Shown here: positions 1 through 13,111 of the stretch, piece by piece
Layout: every line of letters starts with the position of its first letter
Numbering within the stretch: the first letter of the stretch is position 1
Assembly (NCBI GenBank): GCA_030324005.1
Contig: JARDVH010000154.1
Coordinates: 20,556,397-20,620,396, forward strand
DNA length: 64,000 nucleotides
Origin: Negaprion brevirostris
Taxonomy: Eukaryota
Direction: 5' to 3'
Notes under the pieces: model-generated
What the model saw: the letters and a program-made list of their open reading frames with translations, nothing else
Database searches by the model: none
What the model was told of the DNA's origin: nothing
Position numbers and translations under genes: made by a program

Positions 1-639
1 TGACATCACGCAGCTTGCATTGGAATGAGAATCCGACTATGCTCCATCAATTAATAACTCACTTCCTGAAGCAACAACCTCTTATTTACTAATCTGCTGA
101 GCATGCTGGGAAATTTAAAATGTCTGCCTCAATTATTCAAGCTCGATATCCTCTTTGAGGCTCTGTTTAAGGGGATGCCTTTTAATTTATCCCTCAATCT
201 GTTGATTTAGTTTATTTGCTTAGCCCAAAAGAAGCACAATTGTTTAATGTTGATTTGTCAATGCAAAACCAATATTTTGGTTCAAAAAAAAAAGGGAGAC
301 TCACCAAACATCACCCATCTGGAGTGAGGTTTGGTTAAATTTTTTTAACAAATCTTTGTTTCAAGAAGAAACAGAACCTAACTTGCTCTGAAAATCAGAA
401 ATCAAATTTTCACTAATAAAGAATTCTACTAATATAGACAGCTATTCAATGACACTAAAGTAGCATCCTAAAAGCAACAAGAGAAGTTTTTACAATTTGT
501 TTCTGATTACAAAGAAAGATACTGGGTGTTAATGAACCATGAAACTGAGATTGATAATGTAATAGCTTCAACAGGATTGATAACTAGGCTGATCATTAGA
601 AGCTACATTAAAAGTATCTCCTATTTTACCGAGACCCAA

Positions 640-2075
640 TTTTGTTATATTTGTTCATGGAATGTGGTCAGTGTTGGCAAGGACAACAATTACTTCCAAT
701 TGCTTGTTGACCCTGAGAAGGGCAGCATGATGGCACAGTAGTTAGCACTGCTGCCTCACAGTGTCAGGGACCCGGTTCAATTCCAAATTCAGGTGATTAT
801 CTGTGTGGAGTTTGAACGACCTCCACATGTCTGCGTGGGTTTCCTCCGGGTGCTCTAGTTTTCTTCCACAGTCCAAAGATGTGCAGATTAGGTAGATTGG
901 CCATGTTAAATTGCCCCTTAGTCAGGGGGATTAGTAGGGCAGACATATGCGGATAGGGCCTGGGTGGGATTGTCATCAGTGCAGGCTCGATGGGCTGAAT
1001 GGCCTCCTTCCGCACTTTATGATTCTATGACTCTAAGGTGATGGTGAGCTGCTTTCTTGAACCACTGCAATCTATGTGAATTTATGTGTAAAGCACAGTG
1101 CTGTAAGGGGGTCCAGGATTTTGACTAAAAGTTAAGGATTGGCGATACAGCTCCAAGCCAGGGTGATGTGTGACTTTAATGAAATTTGTATGTGATGGTG
1201 TTCCCATGAGTCTGCTGCATTTGTTGTTTTAGGTATTTACATGTTTTGATGATACTTTTAAAGGAGTTTTGGTGTTTGTTGAAGTCTACCTTGTACATGG
1301 TACACGCTGCAGAACTGTGCACCAGTGGAGAAGGGAGTGAATGTTTAAAGTTGTGTGTGGGGTGTTATCAAGTGGGCTGCTTTGCCCTGGACTGATTGGG
1401 GCTTTTTTCAGTCTTGTTGAAGTTCCAATTTGGTAGTATTCCATCACACTTGTGACTTATGCTTTATAGATGGTTTTGGAGAACCTAAGAGGTGAATTAT
1501 TCACTGCAGAATTCCTAACTTCTGCCCTGCTCTTGTAGCTACCATCTTTATGTGGCTGGTCCAGTTAAGCTTCTGGTCAAAGTTGACAACCAGGGTATTG
1601 ACGTGGGAGATTCAGCAATTGCAATGCTGTGACTCTCAAAGGGAGATGGTTAGATTATTTCTTGCTGGAGATGGTTCTTCATGCCACACAAGTTACAAAC
1701 AACATTGCTTGCCACTCATCACGCCAAGCCTCAATGTTGTCCAGGTCTTGTTGCATACTTCTCGGCATTCTCCTTTATCTGAGGAGTTGCACACGGAACT
1801 GAATATTGCACTTATCAGTGAATATTCTAGCTTCTGGCTGTATGATATTGGGCAGGTCATTGATGAAGCAGATGAAGTTTATTGACCCCCAAAAACCACA
1901 ACCATCTTCCTTTATGCTCAGGATAATTTCAATATTTGGAAAGTTTGCCCTCCCCCCAGTTCCCATTGATTTCAATTTTGCTAGGGCTCCTTGCTGCCAC
2001 ACTCAAGTCAAATGCTGCCTTGATATCTGGTGTGGTACCTCTGATATAACCTCTGGAATTCAGCCTTTTCATTCA
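640..2075 (-). mobile_element. Degenerate CR1-clade LINE 3' portion, interrupted by a SINE at 720-1035
   Basis: ORF 1775..2002 has RT-like segments WQQGALAKLKSMG and CFINDLPNII. The family 3' UTR (gagaag|gtgatggtgagctg) is split by the SINE. Confidence 0.8.
720..1035 (+). mobile_element. HE1-like tRNA/V-domain SINE with CR1-type tail
   Basis: A-box tggcacagtagttagc, B-box ggttcaattcc, central gtctgcgtgggtttcctccgggtgctc, tail ggcctccttccgcac...attctatga. Confidence 0.88.
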
Positions 2076-2402
2076 TAGAAGCATATTTAAAATAAATATT
2101 TGCTCTGTACAAGAGGGATTCCTGCAAGTTTCAATGGAAAAGCCTTTGCAATCTTGAAAGCTGCAGACGTGGGATAAGTTTAATTCTAAGATTTACTTCT
2201 AGAAACCATGACTGATGTAGCTTTAGCTGCGTACTCTTTAAATTAAAACAATAAGGAATCATTTTATTGGCATGCAGCCCAAGAGCATTCCCTCATGATG
2301 TATTGAGTGGTGAGGTGATCAGCTTTTTCACCAATAAAGTATGCATACAAATGCTGAAGCTTTTTATTTGTAATTGTAGCATAAGAAATATTATATAAAA
2401 CA

Positions 2403-2530
2403 TACAGAAAATGCTGCAGAAACCCAGGTTTGGCAGCATCTGTGGATACAGAAACAGAAAAACTCAGCAGGTCTGGCAACATCTGGGTAGGAGATTCAGT
2501 TTTTTCCCCCAAGTTTCCAACATCTGAGCA
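2403..2530 (-). mobile_element. Penelope-like terminal repeat fragment
   Basis: aaactcagcaggtctggcaacatctg, the reverse complement of the tail found at ~31460-31495 downstream of a GIY-YIG remnant. Confidence 0.6.
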
Positions 2531-2544
2531 TTTCCGGCCTTGGT

Positions 2545-2750
2545 TAACTGTCTTATGAGGAGTTTGCACATTCTTCCAGTGTCTGCATGGATTTCCTCCC
2601 GGTGCTCCAGTTTCTTCCCAACTCGAAAGACGTGCCGGTTAGGTGTACTGGCCATCTAAAAGTGCATCCAAATAGGCGCCAGACTGTGGCAACTAAGGGA
2701 TTTTCACAGTAACCCCACTAATATTAATCTACTGGTGACACATAATAATT
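2545..2750 (+). mobile_element. 5'-truncated V-SINE, second tail type
   Basis: gagtttgcacattc...gtgctccagtttc followed by the tail ggcgccagactgtggcaactaagggattttcacagtaac. Confidence 0.75.
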
Positions 2751-3439
2751 TTGCTTTTATTATTCAAGCAAACACATTTCAGAAGATTTTGCTTGGTATT
2801 ATTCCAGACTTGAAATACTGGGATGGTTTTCCTTAAAAGCACCCTTATCAAAACCACAACTTAAGTAGGTTTTTTTTTCTTTTCTGATGGTATTGATTCT
2901 TTAATGATGTCCCTTCAATTAACATTTACACCCTCTATTACCTGATCTGAATGGTCATTGTTCATGGGCAAAATGAAAATCAGCAGGCTATTTTATCACG
3001 GAGAGCAGCAAAAATGAGATCATTCCTTCCTCAGGGATCTCCACACACTTGTATTTTCCACTTTGGTTTCTGCTGGAACCCTGCCTTGTTTTTGTCCCAT
3101 AAATTAGGTGATAATTTTAGTGTCCGTGCTGCTGCCCATCAGCTAATTTACCTGTTTGGCTCAGATTAGCTTTTGGCTCATTTATTAGCTTTGTTTACTG
3201 AACTGCCAAGGAATTGCATCTCGCGTACAGCCTCAGTACCATGCAAACCATTGAAGTGAGTTAAATAATACATTAACAAAGCATCTTATCAAACATCTCA
3301 AAATTCCTCAACTGCTATGAATAAACCAGTCAAGTTAGGTGGCAGAAACGGCATTGTTATAAATGACATTTTAGTAAGAGTGAAACACTGTACAAACAAA
3401 ATAAAGCGTTAATGGTTATTTGATTACTTTGTTAATGGC

Positions 3440-3708
3440 ACACAAGGGCAGCAGATACATGGGAACACTACCACCTGCAGGTTCCCCTCCAAGCCACTCA
3501 CCATCCGGACTTAGAAATATATTACTGTTCCTTCGCAGTTGCTGGATCAAAATGCCGGAATTCCCTAACAGCATTGTGAGTCAACCCACAACACATGGAC
3601 TGCAGAAATTCAGGAAGGCAGCTCCCCACCACCTTCCCAAGGGCGACTAGGGATGGGCAGTAAATGCAAGCCAACCAGCAATGTCCCACGAATGAATATA
3701 TAAAAAAA
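3440..3708 (+). mobile_element. CR1-clade LINE 3' end
   Basis: Same 3' UTR as 61430-61650 (...gggcgactagggatgggcagtaaatgc...aatgaata plus A-run). Confidence 0.75.
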
Positions 3709-3710
3709 GG

Positions 3711-4240
3711 TGATGGGCTGTTTGATTAAGGACCGAGTGCCCACATAAAGAGAGGCAGCACCTGGTATCGACCAGCATGTCTCAGACATTCCAAAATTGG
3801 TGGTGCCGCGGGGACTGGGGAGCGATACAAGCCTTAATAATGACTTTTTCATTTGATTCATTTTTTGACGTTTTAGTTTAGTTAGTGTCCAAACAGGGGC
3901 TGTCACCTCTATCATTTTTGTTTAATTTTTCTTAAGAGTATTAAGAGATTTAGATACCCAACGGAGGGGTGCTGGGATTCCCTCATTTTTTGTTTACTCA
4001 CTAATTGTCGTTTCATTCAAAAGAGTACGAACTGAGACAGCCTCTTTAAGGGGCTGTTAACTTGACAATTTGTTTACTTATACTCTTTGGTTTACAACAA
4101 ATTAATAGAGCCCGCTGGGATACATGGTGTGTAGGTCAGGAGGAGAGATCTGTAATACCACGTCTTGTGAATAAACCTGCTTTCAAGGAAAAGGTGTATC
4201 TTGTTTCGAACCTCACCATCTGGCTTGGATCAATTTAACA
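3711..4240 (+). mobile_element. Possible solo LTR
   Basis: ~530 bp starting TG and ending TTTAACA, AATAAA at 4170-4175, CpG-richer than its flanks; target-site duplication only approximate. Confidence 0.4.
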
Positions 4241-5067
4241 TAAAGGACATGATAGGAGAGAAGGTTATTTAAAAATGCACTGGAATTATCCTGGAGTGTA
4301 TTTATTTTAAAGAGTGATGCAAATCTACATGGATGTTATTGCCAACAAATGACCACTTGTCTGGTCTCAGTCAACCACATGCAAGTGTGTCCTTTGTGAA
4401 ATTGTGCAGTGACTTCCACGTTTCCTACGCTGCAATAGTAATGTAGGAAACTTCAAAAGTTCTTTATTGACTGTAAATCCCTTTAAGACTTCCTGAGGAC
4501 ATTAAAGGAGCTACATGGATGCATTTTTTTTTCATTTCTCTGCAATATCAAGGAAGTCTGTTTCTACTGCAATGATTTTACAATATTACGACTGGAGCAG
4601 CACAAGAATTGTTTGTTCTTATTTATTCAAAGAACACAAATGTTGCTGCAGCTGTGTCTTAACCTTTTGGACAGAATGGCAGCAGAGAAATGTCGCACAA
4701 CTTGGCCTGTGAAATGCTCTTTCTGGGTTTAATGAACGCTCTAAGTCAACTATCACTTTCCAAAACAAGTTGCTAGATCACACACTAGTCCTGTCCATAC
4801 CCTAGTACTGTTTCTCCAAGACTTTTCTGTAATTCCAACGAAGTATCAATTTGCGAGACATCATAAGTGTCTCCACCTGCACTGTTGTTACATCCATTGT
4901 TATTTCTTTAAAGAGATGAATATTTGCAAACAAAATGCTGTCAGCGAAAACTTCTACTGCAAGTTTTCTTGTATTCAACTTATTGGATTCTCCAAGTTTA
5001 TTCTATCCAGGACAAGCTGCATTGTCCTCCCATTTTTAGAGGGCTGTAATGTACTTTCAGGATTGTT

Positions 5068-5361
5068 TTAAAGTTTATTTATTTGTCACAAACAGGCTTA
5101 CATTAATACTGTAATGAAATTAATGTGAAAATCTATTCGCCACACTCTAGTGCGTGTTTGGGGACACCGAGGGAGAATTTAGCATGGCCAATGCACCTAA
5201 CCAGCACATCTTTTGAACTGTGGGAGGAAACGGGAGCACCCGGAGTAAAACCCACAGTCACAGGGAGAATGTGCAGACTCTGCACAGTGACCCAAGCCAG
5301 AATCAAACCAGGGTCTCTGGTACTGAGAGGCAGCAGTGCTAACCACTGTGCCCCCATGCTG
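5068..5361 (-). mobile_element. V-SINE, second tail type
   Basis: Full tRNA head at 5300-5361; tail aagtttatttatttgtcacaaacaggcttacattaa. Confidence 0.85.
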
Positions 5362-7029
5362 TATTCAAGGAAGTGCTGCAGCCAGAATTTTTTTTATATA
5401 GTAACCTTTAAGCATAACAGTGAGCAGCAATGCATCTGTCTAACACCTGTTACAATCAGTTCTTTTGGAACTGCAGTCACCATCACATATGTAAACATTA
5501 TAGTCAATTAGTGCATAGCCCCCAAAACAGTAAATTAAATGACCAGCTAATCTGACCCTAGCGCAGGATTCACGAGGACACTGAATAAGACAGCAGTATC
5601 CCTTAGTCTTCTTACAATAATGCCTGAACTTTAAAAGCTCACCACAAAAAGCAGATTTATTCCTCCGTTTTTTGTTCCAAAATGCATAACTTCGTATGTT
5701 TCTAACCGCAGTTGCTACTTATCTGTCTATCCCAATTGAACATTCATGCCTCCTGTAGACTTTCATAGTCTTTAGCCGAGTTTGTCATATACCCAAATTA
5801 ATGTCATCAGCAATTATGTACGTTATTCCCAAGACCAAATCATTTATATATTAAGTAAATAAGATCTTGCATACAACAGAAGTACAAAAACGTATTATAC
5901 AAAGTTAGGTGCAAGTTGACATGACTTTCTTAAAGGCATGCCTCTCATTTATTCTTCTGAATGGTTGAATAGCTTGGCAGGAATACAAAATCATATTGAG
6001 CTCACTGTGTATTCTGGAAAGCTGCGTTAGAAAACTCACCAATGGGAGAATTCATCTGCAGATCTTAATTAATAGCATACTTGCTGTGCAAGTAATTGAC
6101 TGATGTTTCTATGGTCTATTATAAGGGTATTGGTATCCAGGGAGAATACTTTCAAAGTAAAACCCACCTTGCAAAGTACAAATCAATTTCCCAGGTGAAC
6201 AGAAACATTTATTTAAGTGCGGTTGGAGGGGTAAACAGTAGATTTGCTCATCAGATTGACATAGGGGCCAGCTGCTTGCTAAGCCTTCCTTATCCCAAAT
6301 GTCAGGTTTCCAAGTAGTTGCTTCATTTCAACTTCCCAATAGTAGGAGATAGTTCACAATGTATAACAGCAGCATGTAATTTGCAAAATAAGCCCTATAT
6401 ACCTTAGCCAAAGTATTAAATTCTCAATGACATACAGTGAATGCTCCATAAACACAGTTTACCTACTATCATCAATAAGCTTACAAGTTGAGCAACCAAT
6501 TAGAAGTAGTCACAATTCCCAGCCTTTTCTCTCTCCAATTATTACTAAAGCCCTGACTGCTGCTGTGATATGGTTCCACTGATCCTGTCCCTGTGAACTG
6601 GTGATTCTTCGGGCATGAGAGCTTTGTGACTGCAGGTCATCACAGTGGTTCTAGCCTATGAACACCTTTCCAATGGAATCACTGGGCTGTAACTGCAAGC
6701 GAGAACCATGCATATAATTCATTCCCTTGGAAGTAAGCTGAAATGAACTGATGGAGCCTCATTGCTGCCCACTGTAGACTGGTGATTAAGAGTGGTAACT
6801 TCTTGTCTGTAGGTTGAAGAGTTTATCAACATTTTATAACAGTTCCACAGCACCACAAGTTACATACAAGTATTCTAGAGCTGCTATCATTGTGGAAGCC
6901 TTTTTGTTCTGCAGACAGCAGTTCCTTTCACCCTTGTGCTATGATTTAAATTGGCAGCATATTAAACTTCGCTGAATATTTTACATTTCAAAAATGAATA
7001 CATTAGATGATTGGAGACATAGACACATT

Positions 7030-10000
7030 CGCCAGAAACAAATTAATTTATTTACACAAACACAAATGTTATAACATGATACAAAATACTGGACTCCAAA
7101 CAATACAGAAAGGGAAGATGGAGTGAGAAAGGGAGAAGGAAATCTGAGATTTACATTAGTTTGAATGTGACAAAAATTATAAACAACTGCTACGACACAA
7201 TACTGTTAATAAATCACTGTACACACACTTAGCACTTCACCTAAGTACAGACATTAAACTTATTGACAATTCTATTAGTGACACTGGGTGGTGTCAATGG
7301 ATACAAAAACAATAAAAATGTGGTTTAAATGTAAATTTAACAATTTTTGTAGTTATACATTTGAAAATAAATTCAAATAGATTGTTGCCAACACAGCAAG
7401 GAAATGGTTATAGACAGACTGTTTCACCACATCGATACATCCATCCTCCAGTAGATTCTAGATAAAGGCTTTTACCTCATAGGAACAAGTATATATCAAG
7501 GCAGAATAAAATAAACAGGAAAAAAATTGTTCCATAGTCAATTATGGTTACCAAGACTGTATTGGTGAAAAGGTTACAGCAACACAGTACAATTTATACA
7601 CAAGCCATATCTGCACTCTGCTGTTATACAGTGTAATTATTAATGCATGTTATCAAAACTTGCTTCTTTGTTCCTCCAACAGAGCTATCTATTTTAATTG
7701 TAAATTTGAACACCAAGCTATACCCCAGTGGATAGTCTAGCATAAGGAGTTTTGGTGAAGCAACTGTAGAGAACCCTCGAGGGAAATAATGACTGCAACT
7801 CTCCCAGTTAGAATGCTTAATGGACCACATATTTAATTAGAATGGCCTTTTTTATTTTCCTTTTTTTTAAATATTGAATTTGATTCTGTTGCAGGTGTGT
7901 TTGATGGAACAAAAAATATCATGAAGCAAGTCCATCTATCACTAAAATCTACAGGATAGGTCCTGGAAGAAGCATTTTCCAGACACTAGGCACACATTGG
8001 GAAAAAAAATCAATATTTGTACAGGAAACCCAGTTTCACTGTTTAAACACATTACTTTCTCCATCTTACAGCTGAGCAGTCATGCTATATTCATCTTTAA
8101 ACTGTATTTAAAACAATGTAACAGCACAATTTTTTGTACAAACATTAAGATCTGAACAAATAATTTAAGCAACCTCCCATCTTCACCCCAAACTTGTACA
8201 TTTATAAGGTCACCATGAAAACCACATTTCATTTCAAATCACACTAACTTTAGCTAAGGAAATGGTTCCTTTTGTCTCGAAAGCTAATATGTTAATGCTG
8301 CAGCATTCTCATGGTCAGAAAAGCCCATCCAGTGGACCCCTAAATCAAAGCAACTTCATGTTAAAACTTTCCATCACTTCATAAATAAAGGAATGAAAAC
8401 AGGATTCAGCTAAAACTAAGAGGAATGTATGCACAACTGTTAAAACCGGAATTTTCAATTGCATTCCAGCTCAGACTTTAACATTACTATATCCACCCAA
8501 AGTCATTATTGAAAAAGTTATAGTATTTATCCACCCAAACAGCAGCATATCTATGAATTTAAACAATATATTCTATATATACAATATTTATATTGTATGT
8601 CTTTAAGCCAGAAATGTAAAATATATTTTGTTTACTAAAATACATCAATACCAAGCTGCTTGCGTGAAAAAAACACCATTTTACAAAATTCACGCCAATA
8701 TTGCAGATGGCAAGTAAAGCTTCATTTACTGTTGTGAAATGCATGTACTGCACTTGTATTACCCTCTACGGCCAACCCAAGTACGGCAGCAAATCTTTAG
8801 TTAACCTGCATTGAGAGGCCCAGCCCTTCACTTCAAACATTTACAGATTCACTGAATCAATCTTATAGCTGTCTGTCTACTGTTTACAACACCTACCATG
8901 TACAACACAGGTCCCAGTCTGTCATTCAAGGTCTCTTTGATGTTATTTTTCTATTTTTGTGAGTATTGGTTTAACAGCAGGACAAAGTCCACAAACATTC
9001 ATTCAGTCATGGTGTCGCTCACCTATTTCTCATCTAGTAACACATTTTTTTTCTACTGGTGAACCTATAAAACCTACTTCTCTACAACTTCTACATTATT
9101 AAATATTTATGTTCTTGCACAAACTAATTCGTGAAACCCCTTCATTCTTTTACCAGGGCCCGCAACTTGGTTTCTTAATAAACTATTTTACCATGTCTTG
9201 GATTATCTGCCAAGGTAGTAAAAAGTTTTGACCTTTAAAACACTAAATCGACATTCTTTAAAATTTAGTGTGTAATGAAATGGGTGAAATCTTCCCCATC
9301 CACTGTCCAACTAATTCAATCATTTTGCTTACTGAGCTATCCTCCGTAAGCCTTTAGAAAAATGAATCTGTACAACTCGTACTGCATAACACATCTGTTC
9401 AGTCACAGAAAAAAATTATCAGGTTATCAATTTGCTTCCATCTGGACATTAAATTTAATGCCACAATTTAACAACCATTGTACCCGCACTGTTAAAAGCC
9501 TGCTAACTTAATTAGTTTGCTCTCCAGCTTTAGAAAAGCAATAAGATTAAAACATACATCATTAATGGCCTTCTTGATTGAAATATATGGACTAAATTCT
9601 ACCAATTATGAGTTAGATGTTCAAATTAATCCCTACTCTTTTGTGAAGGAAAATAGTTAAAAGAACATCTTAGAAATTCAGCTGAAAATATTCCAAAGTT
9701 AGACCTGCAGTCCAAAAAACTCAATCTGGTTCTCCTTTCTGGGTGAACCACAATACAATAGCAAACAGCAGACCACCTTACCGAGCAGAAACTGCAATCT
9801 CCTTAAACAGGTATTAGGAGTAAAAAAAAACCAAAAATAACAATTTTCACAATATATAAACAATAAAATTGTATGAAAATTATATCGAGTTAACTTCTTT
9901 TGAAATTTAAAGCTTTTAAGGTAACAAAGAACAAAGGAACCAAAATTAGGTTTCTTCAAACAGCAAAGAGAACATCAAAGGATGTACACGACAATATTAC

Positions 10001-10756
10001 AAGACTATTTACACAACTCAACAAAACAAAACTCATCAGGATAACAATTGGTCATCAGCAAATACACAAATAAAGTTTAAGAAATATTACAAAAAGAAAT
10101 AAATAAATCAAACCAAATGTTTATACAGAGAGGGCGACTGTTCATCATTGCGATTAAAAGTAGCTGAAGATTTTTCAATCGGGTGATCATGTCATTTTTG
10201 ACTATGTTCCAAAATCCAACAGCAGTGTTTCACTGATGTAAATTAAGGCATTTAAAAATGAAGTTGTGAGTTTCAACCACTTTTTTAAAAAAAGGCACAA
10301 ATTTCCTTTCAATTCTCCTGACAAAATTATTATGCTGCTTCCTCTCCATCCCTTTTTCTTTCCTGCTTTTCAACATCCTCCAGGAAGCAGGCTTATCAAC
10401 TCTCATAAGCATTTCAAACGTTAACATCTTACCACTGCACTTAGGCTAGGGATCTGAAATCAAAGCCTCAAGTGTTTTGTAACCTTTAAAACATTATTCT
10501 CCCTTAAGGGAGAACAGATGAACTTTGAAGAAATACAAAGCTGCGGTGTCCCTTTAAACTCTTCCAATTTCAGGTCTTCAAATACAGACAGATTGGCTAG
10601 TGAATCTAGCTTGAAGACTAGATGTTTTTCACAACAGTTCAAGTTCAATACAATAACACTGTCAGAGGCAGACAATGGACACTGTATGTCTGATAGACTT
10701 TAAAGGAGGTTACAAGAAAGATTCACACAGGTGACAGTAATATGACCATTGGCACT
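7030..10756 (-). other. HDAC5: Putative HDAC5 3' UTR (~3.7 kb)
   Basis: U-rich on the minus strand with no recognisable transposon, unlike its surroundings; ends at an AATAAA with a GU-rich downstream tract. Confidence 0.6.
7047..7052 (-). terminator. Candidate polyadenylation signal AATAAA of HDAC5
   Basis: Minus strand reads TGTGTAAATAAATTAATTTGTTTCTGGCGAATGTGTCTATGTCT: upstream UGUA plus downstream GU-rich element. A second AATAAA lies at 7851-7856. Confidence 0.55.
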
Positions 10757-10796
10757 TTACATTGCTGGCTCTTCTTCCATTGGTTCATCCCCCTGC
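10757..10796 (-). CDS. HDAC5: HDAC5 last coding exon: (R)QGDEPMEEEPAM-stop
   Basis: 40 coding nt after acceptor ttttgtttag; TAA at 10757-10759. Class IIa terminal motif EPMEEEP. Confidence 0.94.
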
Positions 10797-11909
10797 CTAA
10801 ACAAAAAGGAAAATAATTTATTTATCAGCATCACAGATAATGCAGTTACAGTGAAAATCCCTGAAAATAAAGAATATGTACCAAAGTTCTTTCTAGGTCT
10901 TACAAAAGAAGTGATCAGAAACAGAGATCTATCAAGTTTCAGAGCCGTTTTTAATACATTTTTCAGGTACTTTAATTTCACTTCATTTAAAAAAAAAATC
11001 CCTGGATATTTTCCATATTTAGCTTAAACAATCCAGTTGAGCAATGAGGTAAATTAATATTTTCTGGATGAACACCTGGGAAAAATCAAAATTAAAAAAC
11101 AAAATCAGTCAAGGTGTATTCATTTGTTCGTTTCTGTTAGCAGAAATGTAGGTTTTAAATTTATTTGGACAATTTATAAATATTGCTTGATGATAAACAA
11201 AGGAGGAAAGATCACAGATCTCACATTCTCTCTCTAAGGGCAGCTAAAAGTTGCACAGGACCAAATTTTATGTCAGTCAGGACTGGAGATTTCAGGAATC
11301 ATTAGGCAGAAAATTCAATTTGGGTGGAAATAGCAAAATTATTAGATTAAAATCTTTTCCTGATAATACAAAAAAATCTGCATTAATGAATTAGACAATG
11401 TATTAAAAAAAGTGTGACTCTAATGCTGAAAAGCAGAATGATCAGGTTACATTGAAGTATTATGAATTTTAAATTGCAAACTGTATTTTAACCCTCAGAA
11501 TTAATTTTAAAAAAACAGAAAATGAAGATTATACAGATGTATCTTGGTCAGAAACGCAATAAGTTCAAGTGAGCTCTTATACAAAGAAAGGCTAATTTGG
11601 GGCTACCATGGAAACTAGTCCAATGGCTTCACCTGGACTTGACAAACTTACAGNNNNNNNNNNTACAGTCCATGTGTTATGAAGTCAGGACCACTGGTTG
11701 TTTGAACATGGTATCACATCTGGAACTATCAAGTATTCTATTTATACAATGAAATTAGTGCTGAATAGTGCCAGCAGATACTAAACTTTAATGTTTCAAA
11801 GTCAACTGTACATAAACCAATCAATCTGGTGTAGGTTCTGACAGGTATGGAAACTTAAATGTATGTCCCCCCCCACAAAGGAATCTTAATCCTTTTAAAA
11901 AAAACAAAT

Positions 11910-12240
11910 AACTCTGTGATAGCTCAGTAAAGTAATTCAGCGACTGAGCCAGTAAGATTCCAGGTTTGAACCGAGTTTGTTATCTACTCTCGGTGAGAGT
12001 ATCAATGGCTTTCAACAAATCAGCTACCGTGTTTCTGGATCAGGAGAGAAAAAAAAAGCACAATTTCTATGTTTGATCGATGTTCGAGGGTCAGCCTTAC
12101 AAAACGCAAATGCACAAACATCGAATGAAGGTCAGATCAGGCACGGCTGCAATGATCTGTGATCAAATAGATTACCTTCATTGGAGAGTAAATGGCCACG
12201 GGGAATCAAGTCCAGTGTTGAATTAATGCCTCAGCGTGAG
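11910..12240 (+). mobile_element. Old degenerate tRNA-derived SINE-like repeat (related decayed copies near 6540-6800 and 13540-13665 on minus)
   Basis: tagctcagtaaagt A-box-like and ccaggtttgaacc B-box-like motifs; body motifs shared with the other two loci by eye. Confidence 0.4.
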
Positions 12241-13111
12241 AAGACCAAAGTGACATTGACATTTCTGCAAATTACGCCACTGTTGTGAGCAGTCAATACG
12301 GGGTTGAAGGTTGAAATCTTGTAAAATTTGCCAATTCTTTGTTGGTGCATCTTCCAATGCATCAAGCCGTAGCTAAAGCTTGATTCTGATTGACAATTGG
12401 ATCACAAATTCGAAGCAGTATCCGTATCCAAAAGGGCCCGCAAATTGTCCTCTCAAAATCCCTTTCTCTGCTATTAAAGCCATACTGATAGAGGTTGCTG
12501 ATGCACACAATATGACATTTGAAGACAATGCAGGCATGCAGTTAATGAAGTGAATAAACTATGAACATGGTCTGTCCCAGATTTATCTCCAGACTTGCTG
12601 GTGACTCTGCCACTTGGCAATGACTTGACTTAAAATGTTCCATGTTTACCAAGCACATTTCTCACAGGACAACAGCCATTTACTTCAGAAGCTGCCAAGA
12701 ATCCAGAGCACAGAAGGCAGTATTGCTGCCAGTGGGAACACAGGTTTATACACTTATGCCATGCTGGAAGCAGCCCTATCACATTAATGAGTACGGGCTG
12801 CAGGCCATAATCATAGCTACAGCGATCTAGAAGTCCATACCATTTAAAGTGCTAGCAAATCAAAATCTACTTGTACCTGATTCTACCACAAATAGTACTT
12901 CATGAAAACTAAAAACTGGATGGTGGGTTGACAAGTCTCATTTGCTAAGTCATATCAATTGGCCAAGACCACAAACAAATTAAGTTGCTGAACTTGAAAG
13001 TGCCTCTTCCTCAAATTACAGGAATAACCAAGTAGACTTTGGTTTTGAAAAGCAACCATGCTAACTACTTCACACTACTATGAAAAAAAAACAAGTTTGA
13101 TGACAAGTTAC

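Noticed and set aside
1-620. CRE-like TGACATCA, ETS-like ACTTCCTG and a plus-strand AATAAA at 415-420 (possible end of a convergent neighbouring gene)
   Set aside because: Short motifs expected by chance; no exon of a neighbouring gene was found in 1-7000.
720-790. tRNA-like A/B boxes
   Set aside because: They continue directly into SINE bodies and lack a complete cloverleaf; not tRNA genes.
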